Source of the DNA: the human T2T-CHM13v2.0 reference genome, Homo sapiens
NCBI RefSeq assembly: GCF_009914755.1
Contig: NC_060932.1
Reading direction: 5' to 3' (one strand)
Length of the DNA stretch: 64,000 bases
The notes below the pieces were generated by a model. That model did no database searches, was not told the DNA's origin, and was given only the letters and a program-made list of their open reading frames with translations. Below are positions 38,026 through 48,660 of this stretch, one piece after another (the first letter of the stretch is position 1; every line of letters begins with the position of its first letter). The position numbers and the translations under genes are program-made.

Positions 38026-39773
38026 TCCAAGGGCTTGAACATTTCTTGACTTGTTGGCAATCCAAATCGTTACGTCTCCGAAACAGAGTTGACTGAGGGG
38101 ACCGCAGGGCTGGGCAGGACCTTTGACTTCCTATACATCCACAGGAGCAAGAAAACCTCAGCCCCACTCTACCAACACGCACCTAGTAAAATTCCGCCAA
38201 CCGAATCTCACGCACGCTAACACGTGGGGAGCGTTGCTTGCACCACGAGTCCCCATTTGGCTCAACCGCCGATGCCAAGTGTGCGGTTCCAGTTGCGACG
38301 GCCCCCCGTGAAGTGGCTTCCGGATGTGCGAATGAACCAGGCAGAGTTTCACTGGCCAAATAGACCCCAGCAAAGCTGAAGTTAACTCCCACATTTGGGA
38401 TGTACCTCAGAGGTAAAACATTCATCCCGTCTTCTTTCCGGATGTCTGACACCATGGTTCTCCCCCTGATCCTAAGAGTAGCTGAGGCAGAGACTCACTG
38501 AAAGATCTAGGCGGGGATATCCCATCATGCACAGGCTCTCTCCATTCTCTGACCTGGGAACAACTCTCAGCATGATTCCACATCTAGGAGGCCTCGGAAC
38601 TCAGTGGGATTTTCTGAGACACTCCAACTGGCTGCTCCCTCTCCGCCGCTGTTGAGGGTCGTTATCTTGATTATCCAGATCACCTAGAAAGTATCCGTAT
38701 CCAGAATGAATAAGATCAACTCTCTGCTCCTCTGACAGCAGAAGGAGCAGGACCATAAGGAACCAAAGAGCGTGGAAGGAAACGATGTGACAGGAAAGCT
38801 CAGAGAACGGCCACAGGGGGTCGTCAGCAGGCCTTCCAACCTGAATCATGAATAATTAATGAAGCGCAAATCAAAGGGGACTCGAGTTTCAGCAGGAGCA
38901 ATTCATCCAACGGGAGATCGCCGGAGGGCCAACAAGATTGAGAGACTGGGAGCCGGGTGCAGTGTCAAAGGGGACGCGACTGGTTCCAAAGCTCGAGAAG
39001 ACCATGGGGTCACTTGGGCTACATGAGAAAACGCCCCAGTGTGCTGGTTCATCATTCCGACTCCTGCCTGTCTCTTCCCGTCCAAGGAACATGGACCCTA
39101 AGTCGTGCAGGTGCGGATGACCATGGGCAGAATTAGGGGCCGTGGCACAAAAGTTCACCGACACGGGAGTTCCACAGAAGGTGCGGTGGATCTTCGCAAA
39201 TCCAGAGACATGGCAATGGGACCCAGGGAATTAGAGCCTCACAGGCGTCCGGGAGACTTCTCAGGCATAATGCCTGGAGTCGCAAGAGGAGCTGAAAAAG
39301 GAGCCAGGCACTGAAGGACAAAGCGTTGTTGACTTTCCTCATCTGTGTTTCCCAGTGCGGTCCAATTCACGGTGGTTTCCAAGCGCCTCCTGGGGGAGAA
39401 AACACATGAGGGTGCGGTCAGGGTTCTCTGCTGACAGACTTACCTTGGGGAAGAAAGAGAAGCTCTGAAGATGGATCATGGCCGTGACTGCATGTCAAGG
39501 AGAGTCTCCTTGATGACACTGAGGCCTACGTCGAGATAGACAAAATGTGGTCCAATTAAAAGGTGTCTATTTTACCACATTTTTTAAAACAAAACAAAAC
39601 AAAACAACAAAAAAGATGGAAAAGAAGACAGGGGTACAGGCACCAGTGTTACATGTCTGACGGGGAACATCTATTGTTCAAAGCTTGCAGCTGTACAAGT
39701 AGGTTTTAGAATGTCTGTCAGCAGTGGACATGATCTTAGAGTGGGCTGTGCAGATAGACCTTTCCAGGTCATG

Positions 39774-39863
39774 TAATTGGATTAAGTTAATTGCAATTAA
39801 GGTACAGGTAACTGATTAGGTTAGGGTACGTTCCATGTCAGGTGACCAGAGGCAGTATAAAAG
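39774..39863 (+). promoter_or_regulatory. FAM90A promoter: homeodomain sites, DUX4 motif and TATA box (repeated at +7646, +15292, +22938)
   Basis: TAATTGGATTA 39774-39784; palindrome TTAATTGCAATTAA 39787-39800; TGATTAGGTTA 39813-39823; TATAAAAG 39856-39863; candidate non-coding first exon ending CAG|GTTAGT at 39998. Confidence 0.7.
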
Positions 39864-41014
39864 GCAGCCTGGAAAGCGGAGGTCCCTCTCTGCCCCTTCC
39901 TCCGTCGTCCTGGATGCTGCATCGCTTCCAGCCGGGCTGCTGCAGCACCTGCCCATCTCAGCGCCAGCCTGGGAAAGAAAGTAGACGTGTAATTTCAGGT
40001 TAGTTTCGCTGAACAATTGTTTGTTTCACGCAATCCCTGAGGGGTATTTGCGGGGGGTGTGGGGGAGGAAGAGACAAAGGAGGCCGAAAGAAACCGATCA
40101 CACTGGGGCTTGCTGGTGGGGTAGGATGTGTTCTCGTTACTAGTAATTCTTGGAACAGAAAACGAGAAAACATATCCGTCTCCACGTGTGGGAGAAGACC
40201 AAGATGGGAATGCGAAAAGAAATGTACTGCAGCATGCTGAATTGGTGGGTAAATGGAAAAAGGACTTTGGAAAAAAGGGGGGTTTGACCTTCAGCCGTGT
40301 AAGACGTCGATACGATACGGCACTTCTTCCCCGTTTGTTCAGATGAATTCGTGTGGTGTGCGTAAAATACCAGGAAAATAAATAAAGAGGGGCTGGAGCT
40401 AAAGCCAAAAGATATAACAGGAAAGACCATCACCTGCTAGTGCGGTAGAGAGGAAGGTAACTTCTCTGTATGAATTTGTGTTTGGAAGTTGCCTAATGAA
40501 ATGGCAAGAGTAGCGATTCAAGTTGTCACAGGAAGCATCCCTTATCCGTGACTTCAAGCAGACCTGCCAAAGGGTGGCACACGCCATGCCCTGTGTCTTC
40601 GATCATTCTGTCCGTCAAGGGAGATAGAATCACCGTGTCTTCTACCGGAGTGAATCGTGAGAGACCTAAGTCCAGTCTCCAGAATCAGTTGTTTGTTTGG
40701 GGTTGAAAGCTCAACCCCCCATACCTAGGCCACGGGCCCTGTGGCAGGTGGGGTTTACTCTTGGACTAGGTAGTCATGGCAGAGGAACACACAATATCCG
40801 AGGATGCGCACAGCACATTGTGTTCTACAGATTTGACCGACTGGTGGTGAGGTCTCCTCATGACCACACAGGCAGGGAGTTAGCAGGTGGCTTCCTGTGG
40901 GTGTGTGAATATCCAACGTGCTTAACCATCGACATGTGTGTGTTTGTGTGTGTTTCAGGTGGCCCAACAGTCCACCCCTGAAAAAGGCGGTCATAAAACC
41001 CCCAGGAGACGAAG

Positions 41015-44000
41015 ATGATGGCACGTCGGGACCCCAAATCTTGGGCCAAGAGACTGGTGAGAGCCCAGACCCTCCAGAAGCAGCGGAGGGCCCCAGTTGG
41101 GCCAAGGGCTCCCCCGCCCGATGAAGAAGATCCCAGGGTAAGTCTAGCCCTGGATCTCTTGGGTATCGGGGTGGGGGTGGGGACGGGGGGAGGGGGTGTC
41201 CCACGGTCCTCAGAGACTGGGTTGGATTCCAAAGAGTTCTGTCACCACCAGCCAGGTTGCTTTTCCCATCCAAGGTGGGCGTGGCTTGGGACCTTCTCCC
41301 CGGCCCGATAGGTCCCTTGAGAGACTCTTGGGGGCAACCTCCCTTTCTACTTCGAGTCCTGTGTAGCCACGTTTGGCTGCGTTGTTGACATCGGCTTCAC
41401 CATCGTGCCCCTTGGAACCTTGAGTCCTTCCTTTCAGAGTTCCTCCGTCACATGGGCTTTGCGAGGGAACATCGTATCCGAAGTCTCCCAGCACTTAACG
41501 GCCCCCATGCCGGTGTCCCCTCTTTGGAATCCTTATTCAGCTCTGAATTCACAATCCGTCCCAATGTTGACGTGGGATCGCTGCCTGTGGCTTCAGCTCA
41601 CTCACTGACATCACTTCCTTTCCACCCACAGCTCAAGTGCAAAAACTGCGGGGCCTTTGGCCACACGGCCAGAAGTACCAGGTGCCCCATGAAGTGCTGG
41701 AAGGCAGCCCTGGTTCCAGCGACCTTGGGGAAAAAGGAAGGGAAGGAAAACCTGAAACCATGGAAGCCCCGGGCTGAAGCCAACCCGGGGCCCTTGAACA
41801 AGGATAAGGGAGAGAAGGAAGAGAGACCAAGGTGAGCAGTGGGAGGGGTTTTCACCACTCTTAGGGTACGGCCTCCTAAGGACATGGTGTCTCTGCACCT
41901 GCACACCGTGTGCCTTTCCGTCTCCGGGCCAGGGAAGGAACGCTGCAGAGAAATAGGCCGGAGCTCCGTGTCCTCCGGGGTTCCACACCCAGGAGCTCCT
42001 TGGGCTCTGGGAGATTCAGGGACGGGGAGAGGCGGGGGCGCTTCGTGCAGGTTCCCCACGACAGCGGGAAAAGCGATGGAATCCAAATCACAGTCCTTAG
42101 CTGGGAAGCCTAGAGGGCCACCTGGAGGATGGGAAGGTTGGCACGTGAGGGAAGGTGCAGAGGCGGAAAGGGCACCAGATGTCCATTTCTGTATCACAAA
42201 ACACGGAATGGGGCTGGGCCCCAGACGGGGTTCTCCCTGTCTCCTGGGGAAAACCAGGGGGCACGGCCTGACCTTCTTCTGTTCTGCAGGCAACAAGACC
42301 CGCAGAGGAAGGCTCTCCTCCACATGTTTTCCGGGAAACCTCCAGAGAAGCCGCTGCCGAATGGAAAAGGATCCACGGAATCTTCTGATTATCTGAGGGC
42401 GAGTGTCACCCCGGGCCCCTGGTCTTTTTCTCCTCTAGGTCACCCTGGTTGATTTCCTTTCAGCTTCCCGTCTGCGGGAGGAAATCGGGGAACCCCTCTT
42501 TCTTGCCTTCTTGGGGTCAGGGACTCCACGATCCTTCCAGGTCAATTGGATTCCAGGCGAAGGCATCTGAACATGCCGTATTTCCTGTTGCTTTCTTTCT
42601 GTCCAATTATGGCAAGCCTGCCAACAACACGTTCCTAGCGGCATGAGGAAATTAGTCCCTCAGAGGCCCCAAACGTGGAGAAGGCGAAACCCAGGAACAT
42701 GCATGTGTTCAGAGAAGACGTCCCGAGTACCCTTGAGCCAGCAACCTGCCTTGGGAAGGGCATTAGTCCGTTCCACTTCATGGAAGGCTGAGTGGAGGCG
42801 CTTTGATCCAGTTAATGCCCAAGACGCGATCTTTTGAACAATGGTGTGCTTAGATCAGCTACACATAGCTCGAGAGCGCATCTTTCATGTGTCTTGTCCT
42901 GATCAGCACTCAGGTGGAGGGTCTGTCCCTACTTCCAAGGACCGCCTGTCGATACTGTACTAAGAATTTCATGGCGTGTGCACCTTGTCTTTGGATGTGC
43001 TTGATTTTCACGTTGGCTCCATGCTGAGGAACTTCTAACCTGTGTTGTTTCCTCTCTTTCAGGTTGCAAGCGGGCCAATGCCGGTCCACACAACCAGTAA
43101 GAGGCCGCGCTTGGACCCTGTCCTCGCTGATCGCTCCGCAACCGAAATGTCTGGCAGGGGCTCCGTCTTGGCTTCACTGTCTCCCCTCAGAAAAGCCAGC
43201 CTGAGCTCCTCCTCAAGTCTTGGACCAAAGGAAAGACAGACTGGGGCTGCGGCCGACATGCCTCAGCCTGCAGTCAGGCACCAGGGCCGCGAGCCTCTCC
43301 TCGTGGTGAAGCCGACACACAGCAGCCCCGAGGGTGGCTGCCGAGAAGTTCCCCAGGCTGCCTCCAAAACCCACGGCCTGCTCCAGGCCGCCAGACCCCA
43401 GGCACAAGACAAACGTCCTGCGGTGACCTCACAGCCCTGCCCGCCAGCCGCCACACACAGCTTGGGCCTAGGCTCCAATCTCAGCTTCGGGCCAGGAGCC
43501 AAGAGACCTGCCCAGGCTCCGATTCAGGCTTGCCTGAACTTCCCCAAGAAACCGAGACTGGGTCCCTTCCAGATCCCCGAAAGCGCCATCCAGGGAGGTG
43601 AGCTGGGGGCCCCGGAGAATCTCCAACCTCCGCCAGCCGCAACCGAACTTGGACCAAGTACGTCGCCCCAGATGGACAGGAGGACACCGACCCAGGTGCC
43701 CAGCGTCGACCGGCAGCCTCCGCACAGCAGACCTTGCCTGCCTACTGCCCAGGCCTGCACCATGTCCCATCACCCAGCGGCCAGCCATGATGGGGCCCAG
43801 CCTCTCAGAGTGCTCTTCCGGAGACTGGAAAACGGACGCTGGAGCTCCAGCCTCCTGGCGGCCCCCTCATTTCACTCTCCTGAGAAGCCGGGCGCCTTCC
43901 TCGCTCAGAGCCCTCATGTGTCAGAGAAGTCTGAGGCTCCCTGTGTTCGTGTCCCACCGAGCGTCCTCTATGAGGACCTTCAGGTTTCCTCCTCCTCAGA

Positions 44001-44025
44001 GGACAGCGATTCTGACCTGGAGTGA
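41015..44025 (+). CDS. FAM90A: FAM90A family protein copy 1, 464 aa; join(41015-41137,41632-41831,42290-42398,43063-44025)
   Basis: MMARRDPKSWAKRL...LKCKNCGAFGHTARSTRCPMKC...VSSSSEDSDSDLE; exon lengths 123+200+109+963 keep frame; GT-AG, GT-AG, GC-AG introns; AATAAA at 44566-44571. Confidence 0.92.
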
Positions 44026-44639
44026 GACTGCAGGTGGCAGGGGCTCCTTGGCCTCCAGTTCCCGTGACTTGGAGGGGACTGTGGGACTGAGGAGCGCAGA
44101 GCAGAGAGCACACTCTGTGCGGTGACTCCGAAGCTCCCCGGCTGTGGCGCTTCTGTGGATGTGGGAGCCCAGGCCAGGCAGGGAGCAGATGCAGGGACTC
44201 TGCCTCATTGAATTCTGGTGAGGGACGTTGTAGTTGGCGTGGTTCTCCCGAAACGCGCCAGGAAAAGCTTCCGTGCCAGAGATTCGTTGCCTCAGAAACT
44301 GCGTGACGCGCAGGAGTCAGACTTCCGCTGGGACGTCAATAGGAAACTGGGGAATTACTGTGTATTTGCTGTCTAGATGACTGAATAAGGGAAAAGTTAG
44401 GGAACCCTGAGAGGTGCAGCCCTTCCGCTGTGCCCCGCCCTGAGAGCAGTGTTTCGGACGCTGGGAAGCGTGCTGTGCGAAGCGCTCTCGGGGTCTTTCC
44501 TCAGCCTCGAAAACTGGGCTCTGGAATGCCTTTGTACATATGTGTGTTTAATGTGTTTTGAAGTGAATAAAATTCTCAAAAAGATGACATATTGTCTTTT
44601 GACTCTCATTCCGTGTTTGTGTGTAACTGATTTTCCAAG

Positions 44640-45671
44640 TGAAGGGGTGGCCTGCCCCTCCACACCTGTGGGTGTTTCTAGTCGGGTGGGTTGAGAGACG
44701 GAGAAAAGAAATAAGACACAGAGACAAAGTATAGGGAGACAACAGTGGGTCCAGGGGACAGGCACTCAGCACACCTAGGACCTGCACCGGCACCGGCCTC
44801 TGAGTTCCCTCAGTTTTTATTGATTATGATTTTCATTATTTCAGCACAAAGGAATGCAGTAGGGGAGCAGGGTGATAATAAGGGGAAGGTCAACAACAAC
44901 AACAAAAAACAAACACGTGAGCAAAAGAATCCATATCATTATTAAGTTCAAGGGAAGGTACTATGCCTGGACGTGCACGTAGGCCAGATTTATGTTTCTC
45001 TCCACACAAATATCTCAGCGGAGTAAAGAAAGCAAGGCAGCATTACTGCCAACATGTCTCACCTCCCGCCACAGGGCAGCTTTTCTCCGAGCTCAGAGTT
45101 GAACAAATGTACGATCGGGCTTTACACCGAGACATTCAGTTCCCAGGGGCAAGCAGGAGACAGTGGCCTTCCTCCATTTGAACTGCAAGAGGCGTTCCTC
45201 TTTGACTAATCCACCTCAGCACAGACCCATTGCGGGTGTCAGGCTGGGGGACATTCAGGACTTTCCCATCCCACGAGGCCATATTTCAGACTGTCACATG
45301 GGGAGAAACCTTGGACAATACCCTGCTTTCAAGGGCAGAGGTCCCTGTGGCTTTCCACGGTACATTGCACCCCTGGTTTATTGAGACTAGAGAATGGCAA
45401 TGACTTCTACCAAGTATACTGCTCGTAAACATTTGGTTAACAAGGCGCGTCCTGCACAGCCCTAGATCCCTTAAACCTCGATTTTATACAACACAGGTTT
45501 TTGTGAGCTCCAAGTTGGGTCAAAGGAAGGGGCTGCGGCAAAGCTACAAATGATCAACATCTCAGTAAAGCAATTGTTTAAAGTACAGGTCTTTTTCAAA
45601 ATGGAGTCTCTTATGTCTTCCCCTTCTACATAGACACAGTGACAGTCTGATCTCTCTTTATTTACCCTACA
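44640..45671 (-). mobile_element. Solo HERV-K(HML-2) LTR5 (LTR5A-like)
   Basis: TG...CA termini; 6-bp TSD TCCAAG at 44634-44639 and 45672-45677; minus-strand AATAAA at 44816-44821. Confidence 0.93.
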
Positions 45672-48660
45672 TCCAAGGGCTTGAACATTTCTTGATTTGT
45701 TGGCAATCCAAATCGTTACGTCTCCGAAACAGAGTTGACTGAGGGGACCGCAGGGCTGGGCAGGACCTTTGACTTCCTATACATCCACAGGAGCAAGAAA
45801 ACCTCAGCCCCACTCTACCAACACGCACCTAGTAAAATTCCGCCAACCGAATCTCACGCACGCTAACACGTGGGGAGCGTTGCTTGCACCACGAGTCCCC
45901 ATTTGGCTCAACCGCCGATGCCAAGTGTGTGGTTCCAGTTGCGACGGCCCCCCGTGAAGTGGCTTCCGGATGTGCGAAGGAACCAGGCAGAGTTTCACTG
46001 GCCAAATAGACCCCAGCAAAGCTGAAGTTAACTCCCACATTTGGGATGTACTTCAGAGGTAAAACATTCATCCCGTCTTCTTTCCGGATGTCTGACACCA
46101 TGGTTCTCCCCCTGATCCTAAGAGTAGCTGAGGCAGAGACTCACTAAAAGATCTAGGCGGGGATATCCCATCATGCACAGGCTCTCTCCATTCTCTGACC
46201 TGGGACCAACTCTCAGCAGGATTCCACATCTAGGAGGCCTCGGAACTCAGCGGGATTTTCTGAGACACACCAACTGGCTGCTCCCTTTCCGCCGCTGTTG
46301 AGGGTCGTTATCTTGATTATCCAGATCAACTAGAAAGTATCCGTATCCAGAATGAATAAGATCAACTCTCTGCTCCTCTGACAGCAGAAGGAGCAGGACC
46401 GTAAGGAACCAAAGAGCGTGGAAGGAAACGATGTGACAGGAAAGCTCAGAGAACGGCCACAGGGGGTCTTCAGCAGGCCTTCCAACCTGAATCATGAATA
46501 ATTAATGAAGCGCAAATCAAAGGGGACTCGAGTTTCAGCAGGAGCAATTCATCCAACGGGAGATCGCCGGAGGGCCAACAAGATTGAGTGACTGGGAGCC
46601 GGGTGCAGTGTCAAAGGGGACGCGACTGGTTCCAAAGCTCGAGAAGACCATGGGGTCACTTGGGCTACATGAGAAAACGCCCCAGTGTGCTGGTTCATCA
46701 TTCCGACTCCTGCCTGTCTCTTCCCGTCCAAGGAACATGGACCCTAAGTCGTGCAGGTGCGGATGACCATGGGCAGAATTAGGGGCCGTGGCACAAAAGT
46801 TCACCGACACGGGAGTTCCACAGAAGGTGCGGTGGATCTTCGCAAATCCAGAGACATGGCAATGGGACCCAGGGAATTAGAGCCTCACAGGCGTCCGGGA
46901 GACTTTTCAGGCATAATGCCTGGAGTCGCAAGACGAGCTGAAAAAGGAGCCAGGCACTGAAGGACAAAGCGTTGTTGACTTTCCTCATCTGTGTTTCCCA
47001 GTGCGGTCCAATTCACGGTGGTTTCCAAGCGCCTCCTGGGGGAGAAAACACATGAGGGTGCGGTCAGGGTTCTCTGCTGACAGACTTACCTTGGGGAAGA
47101 AAGAGAAGCTCTGAAGATGGATCATGGCCGTGACTGCATGTCAAGGAGAGTCTCCTTGATGACACTGAGGCCTACGTCGAGATAGACAAAATGTGGTCCA
47201 ATTAAAAGGTGTCTATTTTACCACATTTTTTAAAACAAAACAAAACAAAACAACAAAAAAGATGGAAAAGAAGACAGGGGTACAGGCACCAGTGTTACAT
47301 GTCTGACGGGGAACATCTATTGTTCAAAGCTTGCAGCTGTACAAGTAGGTTTTAGAATGTCTGTCAGCAGTGGACATGATCTTAGAGTGGGCTGTGCAGA
47401 CAGACCTTTCCAGGTCATGTAATTGGATTAAGTTAATTGCAATTAAGGTACAGGTAACTGATTAGGTTAGGGTACGTTCCATGTCAGGTGACCAGAGGCA
47501 GTATAAAAGGCAGCCTGGAAAGCGGAGGTCCCTCTCTGCCCCTTCCTCCGTCGTCCTGGATGCTGCATCGCTTCCAGCCGGGCTGCTGCAGCACCTGCCC
47601 ATCTCAGCGCCAGCCTGGGAAAGAACGTAGACGTGTAATTTCAGGTTAGTTTCGCTGAACAATTGTTTGTTTCACGCAATCCCTGAGGGGTATTTGCGGG
47701 GGGTGTGGGGGAGGAAGAGACAAAGGAGGCCGAAAGAAACCGATCACACTGGGGCTTGCTGGTGGGGTAGGATGTGTTCTCGTTACTAGTAATTCTTGGA
47801 ACAGAAAACGAGAAAACATATCCGTCTCCACGTGTGGGAGAAGACCAAGATGGGAATGCGAAAAGAAATGTACTGCAGCATGCTGAATTGGTGGGTAAAT
47901 GGAAAAAGGACTTTGGAAAAAAGGGGGGTTTGCCCTTCAGCCATGTAAGACGTCGATACGATACGGCACTTCTTCCCCGTTTGTTCAGATGAATTCGTGT
48001 GGTGTGCGTAAAATACCAGGAAAATAAATAAAGAGGGGCTGGAGCTAAAGCCAAAAGATAGAACAGGAAAGACCATCACCTGCTAGTGCGGTAGAGAGGA
48101 AGGTAACTTCTCTGTATGAATTTGTGTTTGGAAGTTGCCTAATGAAATGGCAAGAGTAGCGATTCAAGTTGTCACAGGAAGCATCCCTTATCCGTGACTT
48201 CAAGCAGACCTGCCAAAGGGTGGCACACGCCATGCCCTGTGTCTTCGATCATTCTGTCCGTCAAGGGAGATAGAATCACCGTGTCTTCTACCGGAGTGAA
48301 TCGTGAGAGACCTAAGTCCAGTCTCCAGAATCAGTTGTTTGTTTGGGGTTGAAAGCTCAACCCCCCATACCTAGGCCACGGGCCCTGTGGCAGGTGGGGT
48401 TTACTCTTGGACTAGGTAGTCATGGCAGAGGAACACACAATATCCGAGGATGCGCACAGCACATTGTGTTCTACAGATTTGACCGACTGGTGGTGAGGTC
48501 TCCTCATGACCACACAGGCAGGGAGTTAGCAGGTGGCTTCCTGTGGGTGTGTGAATATCCAACGTGCTTAACCATCGACATGTGTGTGTTTGTGTGTGTT
48601 TCAGGTGGCCCAACAGTCCACCCCTGAAAAAGGCGGTCATAAAACCCCCAGGAGACGAAG

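Noticed and set aside
40755-44125. Overlapping and antisense ORFs around FAM90A (172, 241, 185, 175 aa)
   Set aside because: Shadow frames crossing introns; their recurrence reflects near-identical units, not selection.
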